A stretch of 64,000 nucleotides of DNA from a virus (taxonomy: Duplodnaviria > Caudoviricetes), in the IMG/VR virus record IMGVR_UViG_3300017913_001833, positions 82,381-146,380 of that record, one strand, 5' to 3'. Each line of letters starts with the position of its first letter. The stretch's first letter is position 1. The notes beneath the pieces are model-generated. The model did not search any database and was not told the origin of the DNA. It worked only from the letters and a program-made list of their open reading frames with translations. This document shows positions 17,637 through 27,488 of the stretch, piece after piece. Position numbers and translations under genes: made by a program.

Positions 17637-19041
17637 CTTTAAAAATATCCTTCATTTCAGGGAATGTTTCAGCAAACGAGACACCGCGTTGTTGATCGCA
17701 CAGTTCTAAAAATTCTTTTGTTTCTGGTAAACGTACACTCCAGTCTTCACTTTCCATAAATCTAAGCATTCCGTCTAATCTTTTAATACCATATTCACCT
17801 TGGCGCCATGTTTCATAATCTACTTTGTCTTTATGCCAGGCTGGAATACTTCTTTCCCAATTGGCTTCCCACCAAGGATACCATGCTTCATACTTTTCTC
17901 TGCATTTTTCTTTAAACCATTTAGGCAAAACTTTCACGTTTAAATGCGCAGGCCAATACACAAAATGATAGTTAACTCCGCCGCCACTAAACGGCCACAT
18001 GTTTATCTTTTTAAATCCTTGCTCTACCTTCCATTGGATAAGATCAGGAATGTAATACACGTTAAGAGCTTGCACTGCACAAGCAACAGTAACTTCTACA
18101 TTAGAAGATGTTTGCTTGTCTAGCTTGTGAAAAGTTTTAACTTGATTATTCCAGTTGCTAGGATAGCGGATATAATCATTCATTTCTTTTATACTGTCAA
18201 TGCTATAATGGAAACGCACTATTTTAAAATGCTTCCAAAGATCAAACAAATCTTCTCGCCATTCAACACCATTTGAATTATAACGTAATTCTAAATTTTT
18301 AGCATATCCCATCTTAATAGCATATTCAAGTATTTCGTAATGTTCTTCAATAATAAGACTTTCGCCACCTGCAAAATAAATTTGTTGCATACTTGGCATT
18401 TGTTCGTAAAATTGTTTCCAGAATGTAGGATTTTGTTTATGCCAATTGTAACTACTTCCGTTTGTACTACCTTTGTCTTTCCATTGCATTATCTCTTTTA
18501 GTGATTCATTCTGCACTGCTGGAAATACTGCTTTCCAATCTTTGATCCATCCTGAACTATCATGAGGCGAACACATAACACAAGCAAGCTGACATTTGGT
18601 TCCGAAACGTAAATCGATATATGCTAGATTAGGAGGCACACTTCCATCAGGATTTGTTTCTTGCAATATTTTATCAAGGTCAACACGTTGTTCCCAATAT
18701 TTTGTTTCCCATTGCCTCTTACTTCTATGTCCTGCAGCTTCTTCTTTGTAGCACTTTAAACAGCTAGGAGGCATTTCTCCATTTAGCATCTGCAGGCGTA
18801 CATTCTTCATATAGTCACTGTTCCATGCTGTTTCAAAATCACTAACATTTAAATTGTTAGGCCGACCTTCTTCGTCTTTTAAGATACCTACTTGACCGCC
18901 ATGCTGTTTGTCATTAGTAGGACCTACGGAACTTGCATTTGCTGTACAGCATACACGCATACTGCCGTCTGGTCTTGTACTTAGGTGTACCCAAGGTAGT
19001 AAGCAAAAAGTATTTGATGGATATTTTGTTTTCTCTGTCAT
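17629..19041 (-). CDS. Radical SAM enzyme with N-terminal twitch-like domain (subfamily B)
   Basis: FCLLPW...RVCC...WN...R..ML.G..P.SCLKC; CQLACVMC; YFAGGESL; YNSNG. Confidence 0.9.
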   Translation of the reverse strand: MTEKTKYPSNTFCLLPWVHLSTRPDGSMRVCCTANASSVGPTNDKQHGGQVGILKDEEGRPNNLNVSDFETAWNSDYMKNVRLQMLNGEMPPSCLKCYKEEAAGHRSKRQWETKYWEQRVDLDKILQETNPDGSVPPNLAYIDLRFGTKCQLACVMCSPHDSSGWIKDWKAVFPAVQNESLKEIMQWKDKGSTNGSSYNWHKQNPTFWKQFYEQMPSMQQIYFAGGESLIIEEHYEILEYAIKMGYAKNLELRYNSNGVEWREDLFDLWKHFKIVRFHYSIDSIKEMNDYIRYPSNWNNQVKTFHKLDKQTSSNVEVTVACAVQALNVYYIPDLIQWKVEQGFKKINMWPFSGGGVNYHFVYWPAHLNVKVLPKWFKEKCREKYEAWYPWWEANWERSIPAWHKDKVDYETWRQGEYGIKRLDGMLRFMESEDWSVRLPETKEFLELCDQQRGVSFAETFPEMKDIFKDV

Positions 19042-19059
19042 TATATACGTACTTATTAG

Positions 19060-20091
19060 TTAGTGAGCTGTGTGTATTTGATTATTGATTGTTGAGATAA
19101 TATTCTCTTTACAATGGTGTATACACTTGTCAAAAGACTCTTTTATTATCTGCTCGTGTAAGTTGCTGTACCAAGGACTATCTAATATTTCTTGGAAGCT
19201 CTTTCCACTGTTTACATTATTATCATCTTTATCATACTTGTAACTATAAGTATCCTCCAGTGTTGCTAATTGTATTTCTGTTCCCCACCAACAACAAGGC
19301 AATACTGTACCTTGCACAGTGGTATATAATCCTGTATCTAATCCGTGATAATCCGGTCTGTGACATGCTTTGCATACAACTTTTTGTGTAGTTTCTTGTG
19401 TTGCAAGTTCATGTTTACCTTGGCCAGGAGTAACTATTTTATGTTCTCGAGATTTAGTACCTCTAAACTTTATACGTTCAAAACCTTCTTCTATGCTACG
19501 TTGTTTTGCAAGTTCATCTTGATGCTCATTGTGTTTGAAATAAATGAATTGCCAACTTGCGCGACCGCCTGCAGAAATATATGTTCTAAAGTTATCTTGT
19601 AGTTTGTCCCAATCTACATTTCTACGATAGATATGATTAGTATCTTCCAATCCATCTATACCCCATATAACATTTAATCTGCTTAGTGTAGGACGATTGA
19701 TATACATATTTTTTGCACCAATCTTTCCTAGGCTTTTCCAAAATTCAGTATTGCGTGTTCCGCCATTAGTAGCAATATTAACTTGTAGTGACCTGCTAAA
19801 TTTACCACACCCAAATATCCATTCTACTATTTCTAACAATTCTGGATTTGTTGTTGGTTCATCATAGTTTCCGCAAAAGTCAATTAGTCTAAGACTTTCC
19901 CATTCATCATTACTCATCCAATTCTTAAATTTTTCAAAAGATACATATGTATCATTTAGTCCAATGTAATTTTTTGTTTCAGGTTTATCGTAACTTTTTT
20001 CTCTAGCACAAGCAGGACATCTAGCATTACAATAGTTGCTGATCTCCATTTGTAGTTTTTTAATTTCTTTTGCAGCTACTGGCCAGCTCAT
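19060..20091 (-). CDS. Radical SAM/SPASM enzyme (subfamily C)
   Basis: CNARCPAC, FCGNYDEP, ATNGG, IDG..DTNHIYR, FKHNEHQ, PCC...C...C. Confidence 0.9.
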   Translation of the reverse strand: MSWPVAAKEIKKLQMEISNYCNARCPACAREKSYDKPETKNYIGLNDTYVSFEKFKNWMSNDEWESLRLIDFCGNYDEPTTNPELLEIVEWIFGCGKFSRSLQVNIATNGGTRNTEFWKSLGKIGAKNMYINRPTLSRLNVIWGIDGLEDTNHIYRRNVDWDKLQDNFRTYISAGGRASWQFIYFKHNEHQDELAKQRSIEEGFERIKFRGTKSREHKIVTPGQGKHELATQETTQKVVCKACHRPDYHGLDTGLYTTVQGTVLPCCWWGTEIQLATLEDTYSYKYDKDDNNVNSGKSFQEILDSPWYSNLHEQIIKESFDKCIHHCKENIISTINNQIHTAH

Positions 20092-21029
20092 AGTTGTTCC
20101 TTGATAAACTTATCACGCTTGTTTTCTTTACATGTACTTTGGCATTTGCCTATACGGTTATTTCCAGTCCAACTGTTCTTGATATCTGTCCATACCTTGC
20201 CTGTCATTGCTTGTTCAAGTGTAACGTTTGCAAGATTTATATCATTCATGTAATCGTTGTCTACAAGTATTTCTTCAAATCTATCTTTTTGTTTTCCATT
20301 GACTGCAAACTCTAACATCTTACTGTTGAGGTGACAACAAGGAATAACATTGCCCATGTGGTTAACAAATATACGTTTTTGATTTCCATATTTGCAACTA
20401 ATGCAAGGTGATTCTTCTACTTCAACTTTTTTGTGTTTTACTCCACCAGTATCTTTCCTATGACTGATAATTGTTTTGAATTCTTTAAAGCCCTCGTCTT
20501 TGGCCATTTGTCTAGCAATTTCTAATTGATGTTCATTGTGTTCAAATACAATAAACTGCCAGTTAGCTCTACCGCCTGCACCTATAAAAGCTCTCCAGTT
20601 GTTTCTTACTTTTTTAAAATTACTACCTTCTCTATACTGCTCACTTGTTTCGTCACTGCCGTCTATACCCCAAGTAACTTTATGACTGCGTGGTAGAATT
20701 GTTGCAAGTTTTGACCACCATGCTTCTGTACGCAAGCTACCATTGGTTGCAATGTTGATATGACAATTCCACTGTGCAAAATGTTCGACTATTTCAAAAA
20801 AGTCTGGATGAGTAGTAGGTTCATCAACACTACCACAAAAATTAATGATCTTTATATTAGGAAACATATCTTTTTGAAACTTTTCTTTTATAACATTGAC
20901 ATCAAGATAAGTTTTGTTTAATATTTTATCTGCTTCATTAGACAGTACACGGAAACAACCTTTACAACGTATGTTGCAAAAACTTGTAAGTTCAATATCT
21001 ATCCATTCTAAATTATTACTATTCCACAT
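20088..21029 (-). CDS. Radical SAM/SPASM enzyme (subfamily C)
   Basis: CNIRCKGC, FCGSVDEP, ATNG, FEHNEHQ, IPCC, CQSTC. Confidence 0.9.
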   Translation of the reverse strand: MWNSNNLEWIDIELTSFCNIRCKGCFRVLSNEADKILNKTYLDVNVIKEKFQKDMFPNIKIINFCGSVDEPTTHPDFFEIVEHFAQWNCHINIATNGSLRTEAWWSKLATILPRSHKVTWGIDGSDETSEQYREGSNFKKVRNNWRAFIGAGGRANWQFIVFEHNEHQLEIARQMAKDEGFKEFKTIISHRKDTGGVKHKKVEVEESPCISCKYGNQKRIFVNHMGNVIPCCHLNSKMLEFAVNGKQKDRFEEILVDNDYMNDINLANVTLEQAMTGKVWTDIKNSWTGNNRIGKCQSTCKENKRDKFIKEQL

Positions 21030-22081
21030 TATTCAAAACACCAAGGTATAACTTGCGGACTGTTAGTTCCGCGTTTTTTATCTAAATCAATTAAAAACCT
21101 CTGCATGGTTTTATTTGCCTTTTCGTTGTACTCATACTTTTTCAAAAAGCTATGAATAGATTTATTTGTTGTATCTTCTGCTACTTTTTGCACTACATGC
21201 GGTTTGAGAGCATTGATTTGTAAATGCTCCGGATACGTTACTGTATGTAGATCATAACTTGCATTCCATCTACTTGTAAGTTCATTTACTGTTTTATCAA
21301 GCACAGGTAAATTCATTGCTTGCGATGTAATGTTAAAGTATATATGGATAGGATTTAGTGCAAACAGTTCATCAGCATTCTTTACAAAAGTTTCATGCTT
21401 TGTTGGAAATCTGATTAGTTCGTTAACTTCTTCCCAGCCGTCAATACTAAGACTAAATTCTAGTTTCTTAAATTTAGCAAGAATATCTAAAAACTTTTTT
21501 GTATTGCTAACACAATTGGTTTGTATTTGTATAATTGTGTTCTTAGCATTCCAACTATTGCTACCAAGTTTGTCAAGGAAGTTATGTACTTCTTTCATAT
21601 AAAAAGGTTCCCCTCCTGCAATATAAACAAACTTTGCTGTGTTTACCATTTTATCGTATAACCAGTTCCAGTCTATATCACTACGTTCTCCAAAATGTTC
21701 TGTGCTATACTTAGAATAAACATCTAAATCTTCAAGCCATTTACTACTTTGTTTTGGACTGCACATTGCACATTTCAAATTACAAGTATGACCAGGACGT
21801 ATGTCCCAATGATCTAATCCTTGTCCTCTTTGTATGCTTCTTAATCTTTTACTGCTTAATCCTATTTCTTCTCTACGTAAACAATTATTACATGCAGGAT
21901 TAGCTTTCCAGTCCGTTTTAAAGCCTTGCCTTATTTTATTAATCACAGGATTATCTAGTAATTGATCCAATGTATCAACATGCGATTTGTTTTTATCATC
22001 ATAAAGACAACAAGGCCTTACAATATAACCTTGTGGTTCCTTTTCAACATATAGACTGTTGATAGATTCTAAGCATGTCAT
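21029..22081 (-). CDS. Radical SAM enzyme with N-terminal twitch-like domain (subfamily B)
   Basis: RPCC...CNNC...E..G.SS.R; CNLKCAMC; YIAGGEPF; QTN; SIDG. Confidence 0.9.
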   Translation of the reverse strand: MTCLESINSLYVEKEPQGYIVRPCCLYDDKNKSHVDTLDQLLDNPVINKIRQGFKTDWKANPACNNCLRREEIGLSSKRLRSIQRGQGLDHWDIRPGHTCNLKCAMCSPKQSSKWLEDLDVYSKYSTEHFGERSDIDWNWLYDKMVNTAKFVYIAGGEPFYMKEVHNFLDKLGSNSWNAKNTIIQIQTNCVSNTKKFLDILAKFKKLEFSLSIDGWEEVNELIRFPTKHETFVKNADELFALNPIHIYFNITSQAMNLPVLDKTVNELTSRWNASYDLHTVTYPEHLQINALKPHVVQKVAEDTTNKSIHSFLKKYEYNEKANKTMQRFLIDLDKKRGTNSPQVIPWCFE

Positions 22082-23139
22082 GTTTGGTCCTTCAATTCAT
22101 TATGATATGCTTTGTTGTAGCCACATGTTACAATACATCTACGGAAATGCTTTTCATGTGCAGGATCCCAACTTTCTGCTAGTATTTTATCAAACCAAGG
22201 ATGAGAAAGTATTTCATCAATGCTATGAGTCTTTAAACTATTCCAACCTGTTTCGTATTCTGCTAATTTGTCGTTGATGTTTTCTTTATTTTTTTGTGCC
22301 CAATCAGAAAGGAAACAACAAGGCCACATTGTTTGTTTGGCACTTATAAATATTTCGCCTTCGTGAATTAATTTACATTTGATACTACGCACTACTGTTT
22401 GTGTTTCTTCTTTTGTCTTGTTTTCTTTTTCTATAAACTTGTATAACTCTTGTACTTGTGCTTTTTTGCTGTGTTCTTTACTTCCGGTAGTTGTAATTGC
22501 TTTTTTAACTTTTGAATTTTTCTTTCCTATTTCTGCAACCCATGTATGATAACTGTTACGCATACCTGTTCTTGTTGCGAAATTAAATCCTAAACGTTTA
22601 GCATGTTCTTTGGCTGCTTCTAGTTCGTGTTCGTTGTGATCAAAAACAATAAACACCCATTTTGCTCTGTAGGCAAATTCACCTACTGCTTCACTGAATG
22701 CATTCATGTTACGTTCTAATACTGACCATTTTGTGTTTACTCTGTATATGTGGTTAGTTTCTTTGTGTCCGTCTACACAGAAGTGTATGTGGAATTTGCG
22801 CTGATACTTTGCACACATATGACCTAGTCTAGTCCACATGTCAACAGGGCCAACTGCACCGTTAGTGCTAATGCTAACCATGCCTTGATTTTCTAACAAA
22901 TATTCTAGCATTTCTGCAAACTGTGGATGAATAGCAGGATCGCCTAGCACGCCGCAAAACTTAAATTCAACACCGTCATAGTCTCCAGGAGGAAACATTC
23001 TCTTAAGATCATCCAGACTAAAATCTGTAACTTGTAGATTGCCTTTTGCAAGCTCTTGTGTTCTTGCACAGCCTGGACAGGCGGCATTGCAATCACTTGT
23101 AATTTCTAGTTCAACTTTTTTAATATCACTTAGTTTCAT
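22078..23139 (-). CDS. Radical SAM/SPASM enzyme (subfamily C)
   Basis: CNAACPGC, FCGVLGDP, STNG, VDG..ETNHIYR, FDHNEH, WPCC, CIVTC. Confidence 0.9.
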   Translation of the reverse strand: MKLSDIKKVELEITSDCNAACPGCARTQELAKGNLQVTDFSLDDLKRMFPPGDYDGVEFKFCGVLGDPAIHPQFAEMLEYLLENQGMVSISTNGAVGPVDMWTRLGHMCAKYQRKFHIHFCVDGHKETNHIYRVNTKWSVLERNMNAFSEAVGEFAYRAKWVFIVFDHNEHELEAAKEHAKRLGFNFATRTGMRNSYHTWVAEIGKKNSKVKKAITTTGSKEHSKKAQVQELYKFIEKENKTKEETQTVVRSIKCKLIHEGEIFISAKQTMWPCCFLSDWAQKNKENINDKLAEYETGWNSLKTHSIDEILSHPWFDKILAESWDPAHEKHFRRCIVTCGYNKAYHNELKDQT

Positions 23140-24218
23140 TCATCGCTCCATTGTGCTTTATATGGATCAAATTCTATACCGCACTTTTCAGAACATACTG
23201 ATAATTTGCCTTCTTTACAACTAGACAAACTCCAACCTGATTGAATGTTGTCAAATATACCTGTTGCAAAAACTTTATCTAGTCCTTGCTTTGCATTTAG
23301 ATTTTGTTTGCCGCCGATGTTTTCTATATAACGCCATATAGGTTCTATTGTAGGATCTTTATGGTACCATTTGTACATACGTGTAGCAGTCCAACAGCAA
23401 GGCAGTGCTAAGCCTTCTGCTGTTATAAACAAACTACCTTCTTCTTTTACTTTGCACTTGATAGGTACAGCATCGTAATAGTTTTGCATACTACCATACT
23501 TGTCTAACAGTGCATCTTGCTTGTTACGTGTTTTGTTTTGATATTTCTTAGCAGGCTTTTTAATAATTTTTGCAGTTTCACCTTTTTTACTTTTTGCTTG
23601 GTGTTCTTCTTTTTTATCTTTTTTTGCTGTAACAAATCTGTCAGTCTTTTTTGCAATAAATCTTTCAAACCCTAATTCGTTGGCAAATGCTTCTGCTTGT
23701 TCAACTTGATGTTGATTATGTTCAAACACAAGAAAATCCCAACGAGCTCTTCCACCTGCATTTATAAAAGAACGCATACTGCGTTCTACATTGTCCCAAA
23801 CCACGTTCTGCCTGTATATGTGGTTAGTATCCCTAAGCCCGTCCACACTAAAAATAACAGCACCCATCCTACCATAGACTTGGGCCAGTTCTGTCCACCA
23901 CGCTTCATCTCTTGCTCCTGCATTTGTATTCATGCTTAACCACATATTTGGATTATGCTCACGGAAATATTTGAATATCTCTAATGTATCTCTTGCAATT
24001 ATAGGATCTCCTAAGTTGCCGCACATAAACATAGTTTTAAGTTGTGCTACAAACTCAGGTTTGAATATACGTTTACAATCTTCAAGTGATAGTTCATCAA
24101 GATTGATGTGTGGATTAACACCTTCGCCATTCATGTTACGATCACACATAGGACATGCCGCCTGGCAGTTTTGTGTAACTTCTAAATGTATTGCTCTTAT
24201 ATCTTCATAATTATACAT
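23136..24218 (-). CDS. Radical SAM/SPASM enzyme (subfamily C)
   Basis: CQAACPMC, MCGNLGDP, NTNAG, VDG..DTNHIYR, FEHNQHQ, LPCC, CSEKC. Confidence 0.9.
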   Translation of the reverse strand: MYNYEDIRAIHLEVTQNCQAACPMCDRNMNGEGVNPHINLDELSLEDCKRIFKPEFVAQLKTMFMCGNLGDPIIARDTLEIFKYFREHNPNMWLSMNTNAGARDEAWWTELAQVYGRMGAVIFSVDGLRDTNHIYRQNVVWDNVERSMRSFINAGGRARWDFLVFEHNQHQVEQAEAFANELGFERFIAKKTDRFVTAKKDKKEEHQAKSKKGETAKIIKKPAKKYQNKTRNKQDALLDKYGSMQNYYDAVPIKCKVKEEGSLFITAEGLALPCCWTATRMYKWYHKDPTIEPIWRYIENIGGKQNLNAKQGLDKVFATGIFDNIQSGWSLSSCKEGKLSVCSEKCGIEFDPYKAQWSDE

Positions 24219-24720
24219 TGTGTATCCTATTATTTACAAGCCATGCTAGTTGATTCCAACTAGCAATATACTTACCTGACATTATTTCATCAATAACTAT
24301 AAAAGAGTCTATGTCTAACAGTTTTAATTTTAGATCATGTGTGAACACTAAATTTTTTAAGTACATGTCTTGGTGCATAAAATATTGTCCTTGAGGCAAA
24401 TTTTCATGCGAGAATTGTATGCAGTCTGTGTAAATTTGACAAAAAACTTGCAGTGCTTCTGCAATATTTTTATTAGGTATTTCATACTTGTCTGGGTAAT
24501 CTAACAAACATTCTACAAGAGTGCAATATGGTCTAATCTTTTTCATACTATACTGTGTAGGACTTTCCCAAGTAATTACTGGTACACAATATTCTTTATC
24601 CTTGCTAAACTTTTTGTAAAGTTCGAAGTTTTCTTTTGTAAACGTACCGTACTTTAATTCTTTGCTTACAAAGTTCTTACCATGATACAGATTTGATCTA
24701 ATAAATTCTTGTTTAATCAT
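24211..24720 (-). CDS. Minimal protein-kinase-like (ePK/APH-fold) protein
   Basis: FMHQDMYLKNLVF (HxD-x4-N catalytic loop) and LKLLDID (metal-binding Asp). Confidence 0.6.
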   Translation of the reverse strand: MIKQEFIRSNLYHGKNFVSKELKYGTFTKENFELYKKFSKDKEYCVPVITWESPTQYSMKKIRPYCTLVECLLDYPDKYEIPNKNIAEALQVFCQIYTDCIQFSHENLPQGQYFMHQDMYLKNLVFTHDLKLKLLDIDSFIVIDEIMSGKYIASWNQLAWLVNNRIHNV

Positions 24721-24937
24721 TGTATAATAATTTTATATCTTTCCCAGGTCCTGTTTTGCTAGGAAGATCTCCGTATTGTTCTATGTACCAATCAATAACA
24801 GCCTTGTACCAATTTTGGCTGTTGTGATGTGCCTGCTTATTGAACTGAAAAATATTATTGTTGGTTGCTTGCATTGTGCTCAGGGCTCTTGCACTTTCTT
24901 GTTGCAACTGCCTAAGTGTTAAATTATTTAAGTCCAA
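24713..24937 (-). CDS. Small hypothetical protein (74 aa)
   Basis: Overlaps both neighbours in the same orientation; no recognisable motif. Confidence 0.65.
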   Translation of the reverse strand: MDLNNLTLRQLQQESARALSTMQATNNNIFQFNKQAHHNSQNWYKAVIDWYIEQYGDLPSKTGPGKDIKLLYND

Positions 24938-27488
24938 TTCTCATATACCTTGTGTATTGTTCTAATTCTAATTCTCCTGTAAAGTATACTTCACTTAAAG
25001 GAGACATTTCAGCAAAATGCAAACTATCCTTTACACAGTTTACATGTTCGTCTATAGCAACGTAATCGTTGCTCTGTAAACATATAAGTTTCCCTTTTGG
25101 TATTTTATCATACCATTCTGCAAAGTTTTCGATGTGTTCACAACTTGTATTGATAATGGTGTTAGGTGAGTCTTTGCAGTTTTCTATATCGCCATTGCCT
25201 TTAACTGTTGTATAGTTATCAACAATATAATTAATATCCATTATGTCTTTTGTTTGTGCCTTGAATTTCCAGCCATCTTTTAAATGTTGGTTAAATGTTT
25301 CTGCAATCTTCCATACGTTATCGTCTATGTCAAAACTACGTATCTTATCAAACTTTATATTTGCTTCACTAAACATAGGCACTATTGTAGCATACCAACC
25401 AGCACAAATAAAAACGGTACCAAGATCTAAGTCTAACTGTTTAAGTGTATCCACTAACCATTTTTTACTTTTTATTTGACCACGACTAAAACAATCCATA
25501 TCAATATTGCTATCTTGTAATTTTTTAAGAGCAGGTACAAACAAACTATTTGTATGTTTTTCTAACACACGCCATAGTGCATTTTTGTCATTTTGCAATA
25601 CAACCTTAAATTCATCTTTTACTTCAGGCAATAATCTCGACAAACTGTAAAAATTTTCTTCAATTACTGCTTTACGCAAATCAACGTTTGAATTTGCAAG
25701 TCTGAATATACTGTGCATATTCTTTTCTACTACTGCTTTACGTAATTCTTCATTGTTTGCTATTTTAAAAACACTGCTTAAATCTCTATCATTATACAAA
25801 CGTCTTACATTGCTAACACCTTCGTACATGTATTCAAATCTGTCAAGTAAGTCTACAATTTCCTGCGCCTTTATTTCAGGTTGTGCTACTTTTTCTTGCG
25901 GATAAGCAATATCAAATTGTTGTCTAAGCCATTCGAAATCATTTATTAGCCTAAGATCAGACCCCCCAGAAAGGCCAAACTCCATACCAGCGGTAGCGCC
26001 TGCCAAAGCGTATTCCCCAAAAGGTCTATCGTGTCCCACGGTTGTCCAAGTTTTAAGTCTTTCATCTGTTTCTCCTGTTTTTTGTCTATCAATTACTTTA
26101 CTACTTAATTTTGCACATTCTCTAAATGCACTTTTCCAAGTTTCAAAAGGTCCTGTGTTAAATGCTGTAATATTACTAACAACTTTGATAGGCTTAAAAT
26201 GTCTGCTTATGCTTGTTGTCATATCTGGACGAGATGTGTCCATATCAATTGTTGCTTGTCTTGGAAATAGTTTTATGCCACCATATCCATATTCTAGGTC
26301 ATTGATAGGATTGACACTACGCCATACTTTTACGTAGTTCTTTTCGTGTTCTGGTGATACATAATCAAAATGAAAGTCTTCTGATATTACTGCATCGCCG
26401 TCAACGATCCATATAAGATCAGTTTTACATAGTTTTGCCGCTTCAATATGTGCTTGGTGAATACCTGTTACTCCGTCTACACGTTTTGCACGAGGGAACC
26501 TATCTAACAATGCTTGATAATTTTCATCAGCATTAGGTTCATTGTATGTAATCATTACAATGTCATATTCTTCATTTTTATTAGGCTTTTTATAGTAGTC
26601 ATTTAGCACACGCTTAGGTGGTGTGTATAAACTTTTAAAAAACTTGCTTTGTTCTTCATCATACCATTCAACAGGAATATCTATTTGGTACCTTAGCGTT
26701 TCACCTAGTTCTGTTATTTTGCTATAAAGTTCTTCTGGTGGTATTTTACTGTATGTTTCTTCCCACATACGATTGAGTGTTTCAAAATCACGCACATTTA
26801 CATAATCCCAATTAGTACACATTGTTTTATATGCACCTTCTCTTGCACCATATATAGCCCACAGGCCGTTATCAACATCACTACCAACTGTTTGCCATAT
26901 ACGGAGTCTGTCAAGATTCTTTTTAGGTATTCTGCTTGCATCGTCTGTACGCAAGCCTTCAAGCAAACACATTTTTACACCTTCACGAAAACCTGCACGC
27001 CATGCTTGTTGCGGTGTAGCATTGTTGTGTACAGTGCTGTATGTTTTGTTTATCTGCAAGTATTCGAGCCCCCAGCAAAAATCAATACCAGCAGCAACGT
27101 TTTCAGGATCTGCATTTTCATGTGTCTTCATATTTTTTACAAGTTCGGTTGGCCAACACTTTATACCACCGTTTCCGTATACAAGTCCGTTGATGACATT
27201 GTAACCACTCCAACTAACTACGCATTTACTAAGATCAATATCATCCCTGAAATATAACTCTTCGTCTATAAATCCGTCTATTACTTTGTTGTCACCATCG
27301 ATAGTTATAAATCTATCTGTTTCTGCTATATTTGCACAGGCCTTATGTGCAGCATCACTGCCTTCTACTCCATGCACACGCTTTGCCCAAGGAATACGCT
27401 GTAATAGGTCATAATAATTTTCCTCAGCATTAGGTTCATCATAACTGAGATAAATTATATCGTAATCTTTTACTTTGAATGTTGCCAT
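24924..27488 (-). CDS. Fusion: two tandem GT-A (GT2-like) glycosyltransferase domains, short helical repeats, and a C-terminal class I SAM methyltransferase-like domain
   Basis: YDI..(L/I)(S/T)Y.EPNA.ENY..L..R.P.AKRV.GV.G...AH...A...TD....DGD occurs twice. C-terminal VFICAGWY, RSFDID and INTSCEH resemble a Rossmann methyltransferase. Confidence 0.7.
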   Translation of the reverse strand: MATFKVKDYDIIYLSYDEPNAEENYYDLLQRIPWAKRVHGVEGSDAAHKACANIAETDRFITIDGDNKVIDGFIDEELYFRDDIDLSKCVVSWSGYNVINGLVYGNGGIKCWPTELVKNMKTHENADPENVAAGIDFCWGLEYLQINKTYSTVHNNATPQQAWRAGFREGVKMCLLEGLRTDDASRIPKKNLDRLRIWQTVGSDVDNGLWAIYGAREGAYKTMCTNWDYVNVRDFETLNRMWEETYSKIPPEELYSKITELGETLRYQIDIPVEWYDEEQSKFFKSLYTPPKRVLNDYYKKPNKNEEYDIVMITYNEPNADENYQALLDRFPRAKRVDGVTGIHQAHIEAAKLCKTDLIWIVDGDAVISEDFHFDYVSPEHEKNYVKVWRSVNPINDLEYGYGGIKLFPRQATIDMDTSRPDMTTSISRHFKPIKVVSNITAFNTGPFETWKSAFRECAKLSSKVIDRQKTGETDERLKTWTTVGHDRPFGEYALAGATAGMEFGLSGGSDLRLINDFEWLRQQFDIAYPQEKVAQPEIKAQEIVDLLDRFEYMYEGVSNVRRLYNDRDLSSVFKIANNEELRKAVVEKNMHSIFRLANSNVDLRKAVIEENFYSLSRLLPEVKDEFKVVLQNDKNALWRVLEKHTNSLFVPALKKLQDSNIDMDCFSRGQIKSKKWLVDTLKQLDLDLGTVFICAGWYATIVPMFSEANIKFDKIRSFDIDDNVWKIAETFNQHLKDGWKFKAQTKDIMDINYIVDNYTTVKGNGDIENCKDSPNTIINTSCEHIENFAEWYDKIPKGKLICLQSNDYVAIDEHVNCVKDSLHFAEMSPLSEVYFTGELELEQYTRYMRIGLK

